Shown one piece after another: positions 1 to 13,100 of a DNA stretch of 64,000 bases. The stretch's first letter is position 1. Each line of letters opens with the position of its first letter. The notes under the pieces are model-generated. The model was not told where the DNA came from. It saw only the letters and a program-made list of their open reading frames with translations, and did not search any database. Source of the stretch: Azolla caroliniana (Eukaryota; Plantae; Polypodiophyta). The stretch covers positions 20,770,001 through 20,834,000 of the forward strand of contig JBHGNT010000007.1 in the NCBI GenBank assembly GCA_043228905.1, given 5' to 3'. The position numbers and the translations under genes were made by a program.

Positions 1-220
1 GAGGTCGTTGCCTCGGTGCTCCACTATTGTACATTCTGATATAGTGATAGTTTGCAGTGTGTGGGCTGCCGTGGTTTTTCCCTAGTTTGGGTTTTCCACG
101 CTAACATCCTGGAGTACTCCTCTCTCCTTTGTGTCGTGCTTTCATTTCCCGTATTCTGTGTATGATTCTAAGCTCGGTTGTGGCCGAGTGTTGCGCATAG
201 GGAGCGTGCAGTTCCTGTCA
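1..220 (+). mobile_element. 3' part of an LTR (runs off window start)
   Basis: Has the CCGTGGTTTTTCCC...GGGTTTTCCACG motif shared with other LTRs here (34043, 56187, 61159); ends in TGTCA at 220. Confidence 0.6.
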
Positions 221-408
221 CTTTTTCTATTTCTATGAGAAGCATGAAGGGGCGATTGAAGCTCATAGGATAGCCTAGAAACTCCACTCATGGATGTGGA
301 CCACTATTCCATCGTTGGAAATGACTGGATGTCTAAATGGTGAGTGCTCCTCACTCACGACCTGTTGTACAAAGCACCAGGAACAACTGGCAATCTCCCA
401 CCCCATTC

Positions 409-2500
409 CATGAGTATAAAGATTATAACATGGAACGTGCAAGGACTCAGAACTAGACTAGACCATCAAAATAGATGGAGACTAAGAAGGGATCTTGAAG
501 AATATTTACTAGGGAGTGGTGCTGACATCATCATGTTGCAGGAACATCACCTCGATAGCACACAGTTAAAGGAAGTCGGAGACCTTATACCAAGATCATG
601 GCGAACAATTTGGGAGCCAACAATTGGGGAGGATAGAAATCATGGTGGTATTTGCACTTTGATTCGGGAACATCTAGCCCAAGGCTTAATACACCAAGAA
701 TCACTTATACCTGGTAGGGCACATTTTTGCACATTGGCCATCCAAGGGCAACGATGGAACTTCATGAATGTTTATGCTCCAAATAGCAGAACAGAAAGGG
801 CAACTTTCTAGGACCGCATCCGCCTACAAGTAGCGGGTGCGGACGCGTGGTGCATTGGAGGGGATTTTAATATGATCGAATCCATTCATGATAGCTCCAA
901 CAACAACCCCATAGTTTTACAAGGAAGGGAATGTAAAAAATGGGAGAAGCTATGTGTCCACCTTAACCTGCGAAACATCTGGCATTCTGCCAACTTCCAA
1001 CGAAAAAGGGATTCTCTCTTATTCTCCAGATCAGACGAGCGGAATAGTGGACCCACCCTATCTTGCATTGACCGCATTTATGTGGAGGAGGATCTAGAAG
1101 CGAAGGGAGGGTGGTGTCGCATAACTCCAGGCACGACTTTCTTTGACCATTACCCGGTAGCTGGTCATTTTCAATTGCACCGAAAATGGGGCCCATTCCA
1201 GACTCGCATCCCACACACTATTTACACACATATAGACGTGAAGGACCAACTATCCAACCAATGGTCATTACCCGTCAATGGCTCATTAGCATCAGACAAA
1301 CTTTTAGCTAAATTAACAAGAGCTTCTACTCTCCTACATGAGATTGTCAAGACTAGAAGCAAGGATGCTTAGGAGAAGTGACAGAGGACAAAACGGGGAC
1401 TAATAGCCTTACAACGACTCCAACAAAGATACTCGTCGTGTATTTGGATCACAGGACAAGTCGTCGCGGCCAAACATGAACTTAGCATGGCGGAAAAGGA
1501 AATATATGACATGGAGTTTCATGGAAGCATGGCGTGATGGATTCGAGTAGGGGACAAAACCACAAAGGAATTCTTCCGCTCCAAAGGCCCGAGGCATGCT
1601 AGAACTGTGATGCACAACCTCAACCGAGAGGATGGAATGATCATTGAGGATGGCGAAGAAATGAGGAATATTTCCACAAGTTATTATAGCCGCCTACTTA
1701 CCGAAGACATTATAGCTACAGGGGAAGATATAAGAGAAGATATTATCCTCCAAAGCATGCCCGAGAAAGTCACGCCGGAAATGAATACATGGCTCGTGCG
1801 TCCCCTGTCAATCATCGAGATATGGGAGACCCTCACTGATTTAGATGTTGATCGTTGCCCCGGAATCGACGGTCTCACCCTGCACTTTTTCACATGCCTT
1901 TGGGGCACTATTAAAGAAGACCTCCTCCAGGCATATGAGGAGATCATCACCTCTAGAAGCATGCCAGAGGAATTTGGACAGGGGATGATACATCTCATTC
2001 CTAAAAGTGGTGGGAATGCCAACAACATTAGCAAGTGGCAGCCCATAACTCTTCTCAATACTGTCTATAAGTTGCTCGCAAAAATCGTGGCACACCGTTT
2101 AACACCACTTCTCCCTCAACTCATTCATCCATCCCAGACAAGTTTCGTTAGAAATCGGAGCATCCTAGACAACCTCTTCTCATTCTGGGAAGCAGTAGCC
2201 CTTGCCAAGCGTACCAACAACAAGGTAGCGGTGGTGGCACTAGATTTTGAGAAAGCATATGATAAGGTATGTTAGAACTTTCTAGAATGCGTGATGAGGA
2301 AACTTGACTTTCAAGAGACATGGATCAAAGGCATTGCAGGACTTTATAGGAATGGCAGCAATTGCGTTTCGCTGGCAGGTAAAGGGGCCCCTTTTTCTGA
2401 ATATCCTGATCTGTACGGCAAGGATGCCCACTAGCTCCATCCTTATTTCTATTATACGCCGAAGCACTCTCTTGCTTTCTCAACTCCCGGCATCTCAACC
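409..2500 (+). pseudogene. Decayed L1-type LINE ORF2 (APE endonuclease and 5' part of RT)
   Basis: Motifs ITWNVQGL, LQEHH, NVYAPN, GGDFN, IDRIY, DHYPV, then PGIDG, WQPITLLN, LDFEKAYD. Several in-frame stops; truncated near 2500. Confidence 0.92.
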
Positions 2501-2867
2501 TACGTTGTCGTGTGGTTTTTCACACACGATATGAAAACTAGTAAAATAATTATTTATGATTTTCTTTATATATGGATATGGAAAGATAGATGTGTTCAAG
2601 AGCTTCATAGCGTATTTTACTACGCATAAAACGGATAAACAAGTATCAAGTTATGTGAGTGTGAAGTTTGAAGAAAAGAAAAGAAAAGACAAAACTGTGA
2701 GATATCCCACATAGATAGGACAACATTGGAACCCAAAATATATAAGGGAAACCTAAACATATTCATTCTATCAATGTGTGGAGCATAGAATGTTCAAGGT
2801 GACTTGGGCTACACTATGTGGTGTGCATGCTTCGGGCATATGTGCGTGTGCATGATTGCGTGGATGT

Positions 2868-3072
2868 CTTTGGAGATGATTGAATGCCCAACGAGGTCTA
2901 CAAGGTGGCTCGAGTCAAAGGCAAACGAGATCTGCTACATATAATCTAGAGTCAAACCATTTGGTTTATGACGAAGATAATGCATTGATTGGTACATCCG
3001 AGGATGATGAGGAGGAATCGTCATTGTATATTAGTTATAGTAGTGATTCTCCGTAAAGGAGTGATCATGAAT
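2868..3072 (+). mobile_element. Fragment of the 3' end of the outer Sola-like transposase gene, opposite orientation
   Basis: 2900-3072 is nearly the reverse complement of 15700-15881 (GGSSQRQTRSATYNLESNHL...SSDSP*); 2878-2892 matches 16030-16044. Confidence 0.88.
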
Positions 3073-4285
3073 CAAAAAGTTGCGGTTGGGAAAGGTAATA
3101 TCAAATTAAGACTCATTAGTAATCATGTTGTACAAATTTCAGATATATACTTTGTACCTGGAATTGCAAAACATCTATTATCTGTGGGACAAGCTACTGC
3201 AAAAGGAATGACAGTCAAATTCAGCAAACAACAAGCTACCCTATACATCCAAGATGATCAACATGAGATAAAAATTGTATATCCAAAACAAGGGCAACTA
3301 TATCCTGTCAAGGCGAATCTTGGAGAAGCATTAGCTGCTGAAGTACATCAAGGAGGAGTAGACAATGTGTCTCCCACCTATTTATGACATTGCCGGTTTG
3401 GTCATCTACATACACCAATACTCAAGTTGAGTCAAAATCAAAACCTAGTAAGAGGTTTACCTTCCACAATCTTTAAATCTATTGATATTTGCGAAGGAAC
3501 ACGTTCGCGTTCACAAGTGGAAGGATCGGCGCATAAATGGAAGGATAAGGGAAATTTTAGGGCTTTTTCAATGATTTTACAAAACACATTGATACCAGTA
3601 TCATACATGTTCAAACATACTATGAAAAAGGTTAAAAATCCACTATTTTCGTGATTTAGAAGTAACTAAAAAAAGACGAATTTCAAAAAGATACATTCTC
3701 AATTTATATCACAAACTTTACAACCAATGTTATTTTATAAGAAACAATTTTTTAGAAATCATAAGAATTCAAAACACATGCTTTTATATTACTCGATTTG
3801 TTACAAGGGTAAAAGCATGCGAGTGGAAACACTATTATAGCTAATTAGCTACTAAAATGGCCATAGCTAATTAGCTATTTGTTTAGCTAGTCTTTCTTGT
3901 GGGAAAATCAAATATTTGAAAAACCAATTTATGAAAAAACTCAAATATTTGAACTTCTGTTTCAGACGTAGTGGAACTTGGGGAATATCACCATCATCTA
4001 AGGTCGACTTCAATGTCATCAATTTCCTGTTTAGCCTAAGTCTGATTTTGAATGCAGATGGAGTACTCAGAGCACGAACGCAGACGTAGCTCCCGCAACA
4101 GCAAAAAATCGACATTGCAGATTGAGAGCTACAACACAGAACCTGCTCGATCATCGTCCAGGTATGTTTCAGTTACAGAAACCCCAAACATTTGTTTTTT
4201 CTTTTTGACTACTGTCTGAACTTTGGTGCCGATTCATATTTCCCCAAAATCGAATAGGGCGAAGTCCTTGGAGTCCCATACAAGG

Positions 4286-7200
4286 ATGTCTCGCAAATCG
4301 GGGAGTAGCAACAGGTGTGTTTATATTACTTTTTTTGTGTTTAATCCTGTCTTTAGTGATTAGGGTTTGTGATTGAAATTTCTGATTAGGGTTTTTGATT
4401 ATAAATTTCTGATTAGAATTTCTGAATAGGGTTTCTGGTTACAAATTTTGATTACAAATTAGAATTTCTGAATAGGGTTTTTGTTTATAAATTTCTGCTT
4501 AGGATTTCTGATTAGGGTTTGTGATTGAAATTTTTTATTAGGGTTTCTGATTGAAATTTCTGATTAGGGTTTTTGATTATAAATTTCTGATTAGAATTTC
4601 TGAATAAGGTTTCTGGTTACAAACTTCTGATTACAGATTTTGATTAGGGTTTCTGATTTCAAACTTCTGATTACAGATTTTGATTAGGTTAAGTTAAAGA
4701 TTTTGCACCATTTTTGTTGTTGTTGATTGGGGTTTTTGATTCTCACATATTCTGATTTTGCACTATTTCTAATTTCTGAAATGATATTTCAGATGGCTCG
4801 TTCCTCCGTATACGAGAGTGCTAAACTTCGCAAAATTTTGCGAGACAAAGGAGGACTTCCACAACACCTATGGTCTGTCACTCGAGGGTGTTGACCCTGC
4901 TGTCCTAAGTGATAAATTGATCAGTGATATAGACTGGATGACAGTATATACAGTGCCTAGAGTCAAAGGCAAGGTCAAGCTGAAGCATGTACGAGCCGAC
5001 TTGTACGATGACTGCATGAGACTGCACAAGAAAGTTCATCAGGAGATCCCAGTCAACAATGAGTTGTCAGTTTCATTTGCTAGAGCATTTGCATATGAGT
5101 ACTGCAAAACAGCGAAGGAATCTAGAGACCCTGAAATGTATAGGGTAGCTTGGGCAGTCTATGGTGAGGCATCGGTAAAAAGATGCCGAAAGATGGGGAC
5201 CTTGGCACAAAAAATAGACAGATTTTGGAGCATGGCAGCTGTTGATGCAACTGCCGACTCCCAGCAAGACCGGGGGCATACACCACACCGACACCCAAGG
5301 AAAGCCAATGTCGATGATACAGGTGAGACATTGGTTAGCTATATGCTAAAAAATGTCCATGAAGCCTGTGAGACATTGGCATTTTTTAAGACTGATTTAG
5401 AGAAAGCCACAATGGCTTTTGCAATGGAGAGCAAAGTTACTTCTGCTGTTACAACAATTAGAAATAAGATTCAGGTAACTATTGTTTTGCTGGTATGTGA
5501 TTGTGTTATAAATAACGGGTAAAATGTGCTAATCAAGCATTATCTGGAATAGGTTGCGCAACAGGAGCTTGAATTAGAGGGGCCACTGGATCCCCAACGT
5601 AAAATAGACCTGCAAATAGAGATCCAGGTTCTTTCAATGAACCTGGACCTTCTAGGTGTAAATACTGTTGCAGATTACAATTTGGATAAGCTTCAAGTAA
5701 GTTAACGATTCCTGAGCAAAGTTGGTGTATCTTTCAACAACAAGAATAATTAATCGGTAAATTTCTCTGTTGCGTTGAAGGAACAATACATTCATTAAGA
5801 ACAGGTAGTTAGCTGCCTTAAGAAGAAGCTACATTTTGTGGAGGGAATGGTAAGGACCAGACAGGATTTGGACCTGAACATTCTTCCTCCCTTACCAAAT
5901 GAAGTAGAACCAGAAAATGATTTATTGACAGTTCAAGCACGTTGCATCGCTTGCGGGTTAGGTGTGGAGGACAAAACTGCGTCTTTGTTGGTTCACCTAC
6001 AACCATGCAACCACACATACCATCTGCTTTGTTTTCAACATGCCTGTCGAATTGCTGCATTCTGTTTGGGAGATTGCAGTACAACTCTACCAAATGAGTG
6101 GAGAAAACAAACAGGTATACCATACTGTAGCTAATAAGCTTAGTCTTTTCTAATTAGCTATCCTACTAGCTAATTAGCTACTGGCAGCTAATGAGCTACT
6201 AGCTAATTAGCTATCCTAGTAGCTAATTAGCTATGGTACTAGCTAATTAGCTAGTACCATAGTTGTGTAAAAAAGCTAAATAGCTATCCTACTAGCTAAT
6301 TAGCCACTGGCAACTAATTAGCTATCCTAGTAACTAATTAGATACTGACATAGTTGTGTAAAGTAGCTAATAAGCTATCCTAGTAGCTAGTTAGCTATGG
6401 TACTAGCTAATTAGCTAGTACCATAGTTGTGTAAAAAAGCTAATTAGCTATCCTACTAGCTAATTAGCTACTGGCAACTAATTAGCTATCGTACTAGCTA
6501 ATTAGCTATCCTACTAGCTAATTAGCTATCATAGTAGCTAATTAGCTACTGACATAGTTGTGTAAAGTAGCTAATAAGCTATCCTAGTAGCTAGTTAGCT
6601 ATGGTACTAGCTAATTAGCTAGTACCATAGTTGTGTAAAAAAGCTAATTAGCTATCCTACTAGCTAATTAGCTACTGGCAACTAATTAGCTATCCTACTA
6701 GCTAATTAGCTATCCTACTAGCTAATTAGCTATCCTACTAGCTAATTAGCTATCATAGTAGCTAATTAGCTACTGACATAGTTGTGTAAAGTAGCTAATA
6801 AGCTATCCTAGTAGCTAATTAGTTACTGGCAGCTAATTAGCTATCCTAGTAGCTAATTAGCTACTGGCAGCTAATTAGCTGTCCTAGTAGCTAATAAGCT
6901 ATCCTAGCTACTACATAGTTGAGAAAGTAGCTAATTAGCTTTCATTGTAGCTAATTAGCTATCCTAGCTACCACCATAGTTAGTAAAGTAGCTAATTAGC
7001 TATCCTAGCTACTACCATAGTTAGTAAAGTAGCTAATTAGCTATCCTAGCTACTACCATAGTTGAGTAAAGTAGCTAATTAGCTACCATAGTAGCTAATT
7101 AGCTATCCTAGCTACTACTATAGTTGTGTAAAGTAGCTAATAAGCTATCCTACTAGCTAATTAGCTATCCTAGTAGGTAATTAGCTATGGTACTAGCTAA

Positions 7201-8476
7201 TTAGCTAGTACTATAGTTGTGTAAAAAAGCTAATTAGGTATCCTACTAGCTAATTAGCCACTGGCAACTAATTAGCTATCCTAGTAACTAATTAGCTACT
7301 GCCATAGTTGTGTAAAGTAGCTAATAAGCTATCCTAGTAGCTAATTAGCTACTAGCAGCTAATTAGCTATCCTAGTAGCTAATTAGCTATCCTACTAGCT
7401 AATTAGCTACTACCATAGTTGAGTAAAGTACCTAATTAGCTATCCTACTAGCTAATTAGCTATCCTACTAGCTAATTAGCTACTACCATAGTTGAGTAAA
7501 GTACCTAATTAGCTATCCTACTAGCTAATTAGCTACTGGCAACTAATTAGCTATCCTAGTAGCTAATTAGCTATCCTAGTAGCTAATTAGCTGCTGGCAA
7601 CTAATTAGCTATCCTACTAGCGAATTAGCTATCCTAGCGAATTAGCTATCCTAGTAGCTACTGCCATAGTTGTGTAAAGTAGCTAATAAGCTATCCTAGT
7701 AGCTAATTAGCTACTGGCAGCTAATTAGCTATCCTAGTAGCTAATTAGCTACTGGCAGCAAATTAGCTGTCATAGTAGCTAATAAGCTATCCTAACTACT
7801 ACCATAGTTGAGTAAAGTACCTAATTAGCTATCATACTAGCTAATTAGCTATCGTACTAGCTAATTAGCTATCCTAGCTTCTACCATAGTTTAGTAAAGT
7901 AGCTAATTAGCTATCCTAAATAACTGTCATGTTATTGTAGAATCTTGTGGATTAAGGACGGCACATGATGTGTCTGGTGCTGATGATGCTGCAACAGATG
8001 AGGATACTACTGCCAATGTGGCTGAAAGTAAGAGTCCTGCTATCACATCTCCTTCAGATCAGCTGCACCCTATTCTTTTGGAACAGTGTACTGAATTAGG
8101 CAACGATGTGAAATGCCATGAAATAGTGGAAACAACATGTAAAACTGAGGTTCACAACAACAGTGTTTATGAACACTTGATGCAACATTTCTTCGAGTCT
8201 CAAGACCTTGATTCCACCCCACCGAGCCCAACTACTGAAAATGTCCAAACAGATCCCTCTGTACTTGAAAAGCTAGTTCAAGAAACGGCTGATGTGCAAT
8301 TAGCTGCTGAGGCGATGGGAAGGTTGTCGGAGGAGGACACACTTGCGCATTGGGTCCTAGAAGCAAGGCTAAATGGGGAACCAACCAGAAAAAGGCTGAA
8401 GAAGGGGCCACGATCGGGAACAAGACCAGTTACTCGGTCAAGGGGCCCAGACGTAGTGGAGCGAAATACTGTTTAG
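4286..8476 (+). CDS. Spliced cargo gene, about 566 aa: helical N-terminal region, RING-like zinc finger, acidic disordered tail, basic NLS-like end
   Basis: Hand-built GT-AG model keeps frame: 4286-4314, 4793-5474, 5553-5696, 5805-6114, 7941-8476. The alternative acceptor at 5781 would include a TAA. Cys/His pattern CIAC...PCNHTYHLLC...CLGDC. Confidence 0.72.
4350..4760 (+). repeat. Degenerate TTCTGATTAGGGTTT short-repeat tract in intron 1 of the RING-like gene
   Basis: Many imperfect copies of TGATTAGGGTTT and AATTTCTGATT. Confidence 0.75.
6128..7918. repeat. Array of palindromic TAGCTAATTAGCTA units (about 20-bp period, higher-order blocks)
   Basis: Directly visible; lies inside predicted intron 6115-7940. 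Confidence 0.97.
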
Positions 8477-8649
8477 TTGGATATGATTGTTAGCTTAGGG
8501 ATTTTGCTAGGGTTTTATGAAGTTTTACTATCCTGTTGGACAAGTAAAACCTCAGATTGGTTGTTGCTTGATCCACATTATGAAATGGAACTCTATGATG
8601 TTTTTCCAAGATAATTTGAAGAGTGTTGTTCTATGACTGAAACTCTTTG

Positions 8650-9780
8650 ATGTTCAGGATATTGTTTTGTGAGACTAGTAGTTACTTTGTGAGTGTGAAT
8701 ATGTTGGTGTTTTCTGATGTTGCAGAGTCTAAAGGGTTTGATTCTATTGCTCGTAAGGCCAATGGCAGTGTGGATACTGTTGATGTTGCGGCATGTTTAA
8801 AGGGCCCCATCTTGAAAGTAGATGTAGCAACTGACACAAGTGATCTGGTCACACAAGTTGATCAAGCATGTAGCACGGATGACTTGGTGTTGCAGGTAGA
8901 TGCAGCATGTAGCACGGATGACTTGGTGTTGCAGGTAGATGCAACATGTAGCACGGATGACTTGGTGTTGCAGGTAGATGCAGCATGTGATACCAGTGGA
9001 CTGATATCGAGCAGAACCGTAGCTACATGCACTGAGGTAATCCAAGGATTGATAACTAAGTCGACAAAACAAGAGCACCAGAATGTGAAGCTAGGCCCAA
9101 CACAGTCGGCTAGGGGTTTAAAGAGGAAAAGGACACCAGTTGTGTCAGCCGAACCTGAGCTGATTGAGATTGATCGTATCCTACCAGAAAATGGTGTAAC
9201 AGCGGCTCAGTTTCAGGAATGGAAACCTAAACCACTAGAAGTCGAGCGAAGAGCCTTGATCTTGGAGCTGGATAAAGTCTTGATGAGTGTGAGATATATG
9301 CAGCCAAGGAGGGACGCAAATCAGTTTCTAGAGTGGGCTGTGGAGTACTTCGATTTGTTTATTTGGAGTGAAAAACCAAAATCAGATGTGTGGAAGTGTT
9401 TGGCAAGATTCTTCCCAAAATGGCGAAGTCGTTTTAAAGGTCAATGGGCACGAGAAAATTGTGAGCAGATGGAAGCTGCAAGATTCAAGAGGCTTTCTGA
9501 TTTTTGGGCTACTTGGCCTGAATATAATGCTGACAATACATTGATTTTGGATACAGAACATTTCCGACACTACTTCAATATTCGGAGATGCTGTCTCATT
9601 CTACCCGAGGAAATGCCTGAACAGTACCTGGTGCAAACAGTGAGCTGCCAACTAGGTGCATGGTTGTGGACTCCATACCGAGCTCAATATGCGGATAATA
9701 TATGTAGACTCGTTCCACTAACTAGCAAGAGCTTAGCTGTTTATAGGAGATTTGTAGACATTTCCAATGGTAATTTATAA
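8650..9780 (+). CDS. FCP1/SCP (NIF) family HAD phosphatase-like protein with degenerate active site and N-terminal 13-aa repeats
   Basis: ALILELDKVL (DLDxTL-like), PRRDANQFLEWAVEYFDLFIWS, WARENC, KRLSDFW...YNADNTLILD. 39-bp repeats encode VDAACSTDDLVLQ (about 8857-8990). Confidence 0.7.
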   Translation: MFRILFCETSSYFVSVNMLVFSDVAESKGFDSIARKANGSVDTVDVAACLKGPILKVDVATDTSDLVTQVDQACSTDDLVLQVDAACSTDDLVLQVDATCSTDDLVLQVDAACDTSGLISSRTVATCTEVIQGLITKSTKQEHQNVKLGPTQSARGLKRKRTPVVSAEPELIEIDRILPENGVTAAQFQEWKPKPLEVERRALILELDKVLMSVRYMQPRRDANQFLEWAVEYFDLFIWSEKPKSDVWKCLARFFPKWRSRFKGQWARENCEQMEAARFKRLSDFWATWPEYNADNTLILDTEHFRHYFNIRRCCLILPEEMPEQYLVQTVSCQLGAWLWTPYRAQYADNICRLVPLTSKSLAVYRRFVDISNGNL

Positions 9781-10171
9781 ATATGTAAAGAGATGACATT
9801 ATTCAATGAAGAATTTAATTACTTGTTCCCATTGTACTTATCTACTGTGTAATTTGAGGAATATGTTACAGATTGTTGATTTCATTCTATTGATGACTAT
9901 TTAGCTATTGACAGCTAATTAGCTGCATTTGTACAGCTAATTAGCTGCATTTGTACAGCTAATTAGCTGCATTTGTACAGCTAATTAGCTACTGATGACT
10001 ATTTCGCTATAACTTATAACTTAAAACTTAACAAAAAAGACATGATTTTATTGAGAAAGAAGCACAGAAAGCAGACTGTATACAAGAAATTGATTCCAAA
10101 CGAATTTATTGATCTGTTTTCGCGAAATACATGTTTGTTTTACAAGAGAACATGATAAGTGCTACTTGTAG

Positions 10172-13100
10172 CTACAAATTCCATGGCATACTATTGTAAA
10201 TACATTCATACACATTAGCACCAACAGTGTATAAACCGGAGCAACTATTGTATTCTGACATTGGGACGTTGATGCATCTGACCAAATGAGAGTACATATA
10301 CGCCGTTGGTTTGTCTTCTAACAGCCTGTACACATATTCGTAGTCATCTAGTTTTGCATAAAAAATGCCTTCGATGTAGAATGTCCCGGCAGATACAAAA
10401 TTTCCCCATGCATCTACAATATTCTGCCTTGCACACTGTTTACTAACCGTGCACTTTAATATATAGAAATCAGCACCCTCTGAATTGCCTTCTTTAGCAT
10501 TTACAGCGAAGTTATCCCCAACGTTCAGGACATCACTCAAAGTATCTCCAAGTCCCTCATATGTGAAGTCAGCATTCTGCCCTGTTTCTCCATCAACTGC
10601 TTCCTTATCATTCAGAGTGTGATACTCCCAATTCTGAATGTATGCTTTGTTTAGACAATATCTCCAATTTCCCTGCACACAATGGAAGCAAAAACAAGTC
10701 AATTCTCTAACCGCAATACAATGACCATCCAACCTGGAATAACCGCGAACAGCATGCAGAGATCGCAATTCGGGAATTCCTTGGCACTCCCAGGTCTTCT
10801 CCCTATTTACTTCATCTATCTTCACTTCCCAAAATTCACGTTTGATATCTCGAACTTGTGAGGAATAAACACCTGTGGCACTCGTCGACATATTTGTTCT
10901 TAAAAATTCAACTACATGTGATGCACAATTCATGTGCACACCATCTGTCTTTAGTTGTTCATGGGTAAGTGCCCGCTTTATAACAGCCCCTGCACCATCA
11001 TGTTCACCTTTACCATGGCCAGACCCAAAAAAATTCCATCTTATCTCCAAACCTGTTATAGCAGGATACCTCCCCACAAAATAAAATGGACGTCGAGCCT
11101 TGAATTGTGACGCAGCTCCGTCAGACCAGACCCAATGTTGAGTAAGCTCCAAACGTTGAGCTAATAACCACTGCCAATGTAACTTAAAACAGTGTTGGAC
11201 GAACAAGGTATCATGCTTCTTATCATCGGAAATAAAGAAATGAATTACTTTTTTAACATCACCTGAAACTCGAAAATATGTTATGTGCACAAAAATGGTT
11301 ACCTGAACTGAACACCAATGCATAGATTGAATTTCATTCTACTGCTTGAAAGTATAATTCTCTGCGAAATCTACTACTGAGACTACCACATCATTTGGGA
11401 AATCAGATATGCAAGTCTTAAACTGATGGGCCTGCCATGAATAAATGAAGTTGTGTTTAATGAACTTTCCTAGAGATACTACAAACAGAGACACCAAATC
11501 CCTTGATTTAAGCATCTTCCGAACTAGATCCTTTCTTTTACACACCTTTCCTTCGAAATTGGTGTTCACTGACTCAAATAACTTCACAGAGATCAATATT
11601 TCACTACTCAATTCATTTGGACACCACCTAAATCTAGTAGGGCCACAATCTTGACATAAACCCATGACACATTTATGAATATGGAAGATAGCGTCAGATT
11701 CTCTCGGACACAATATTGAATCTAATAAATAACTCATGGAAGAGATAACGTGCTCAGATGATTTACACTCCTCTTGCGGGCTTGATCGACAGATTTGGCA
11801 CCCACATGTGCAAATTGTATTAGTTAGGGATGCGCTATGGTGACGTAGTAGATTAACAGAGTCCTTCAGAAAACCCATCTGTACATGGTAAATGCAACAA
11901 CATGTGTATCGATCCTTTAAGCGTCTCACAAAGTGTGGCTTAAGAGACTCGAATGTTCGTAGTTGAACTTTGATAGTTGGATGCATTCGTTTGAACCTAA
12001 TAAATAAATCGACCTGCGTAATAATGGGGAATTAGTTATTCTCGTAACTAGCTAACTATCCTAGTAGCTAATTAGCTATTCTAGTAGCTAGTTAGCTATT
12101 CTAGTAGCTAGTTAGCTATTCTAGTAGCTAATTAGCTATCATGGTAGCTAATTAGTTGTCCTAGTAGCTAATTAGCTATCATGGTAGCTAATTAGCTATC
12201 ATGGTAGTTAATTAGCTGTCGTAGTAGCTAATTAGCTATCATGGTAGCTAATTAGCTATTCTAGTAGCTAATTAGCTATCATGGTAGCTAATTAGCTGTC
12301 GTAGTAGCTAATTAGCTATCATGGTAGCTAATTAGCTGTCCTAGTAGCTAATTGGTTGTCCTAGTAGCTAATTAGCTATCATGGTAGCTAATTAGCTGTC
12401 GTAGTAGCTAATTAGCTATCATGGTAGCTAATTAGCTATTCTAGTAGCTAATTAGCTATTCTAGTAGCTAATTAGCTATCATGGTAGCTAATTAGCTGTC
12501 GTAGTAGCTAATTAGCTGTCGTAGTAGCTAATTAGATATCATGGTAGCTAATTAGCTATTCTAGTAGCTCATTAGCTATTCTAGTAGCTAATTAGCTATC
12601 ATGGTAGCTAATTAGCTGTCGTAGTAGCTAATTAGCTATCATGGTAGCTAATTAGCTGTCCTAGTAGCTAATTAGTTGTCCTAGTAGCTAATTAGCTATC
12701 ATGGTGGCTAATTAGCTTGTCTACTAGCTAATTAGCTATCATGGTGGCTAATTAGCTTTCCTAGTAACTAATTAGCTATCATGGTAGCTAATTAGCTGGT
12801 CTAGTAGCTAATTAGCTATCGTGGTAGCTAATTAGCTGGTCTAGTAGCTAATTAGCTATAATGGTGGCTGATTAGCTTTCCTAGTAACTAATTAGCTATC
12901 ATGGTAGCTAATTAGCTGGTATAGTAGCTAATTAGCTATCATGGTAGCTAATTAGCTGGTATAGTAGCTAATTAGCTATCATGGTAGCTAATTAGCTATC
13001 ACGGTGGCTAATTAGCTGTCCTAGTAACTAATTAGCTATCATGGTAGCTAATTAGCTGGTCTAGTAGCTAATTAGCTATAATGGTGGCTAATTAGCTATC

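Noticed and set aside
4350-4760. Interstitial telomere
   Set aside because: TTAGGGTTT motifs are scattered in longer degenerate units, not tandem TTTAGGG.
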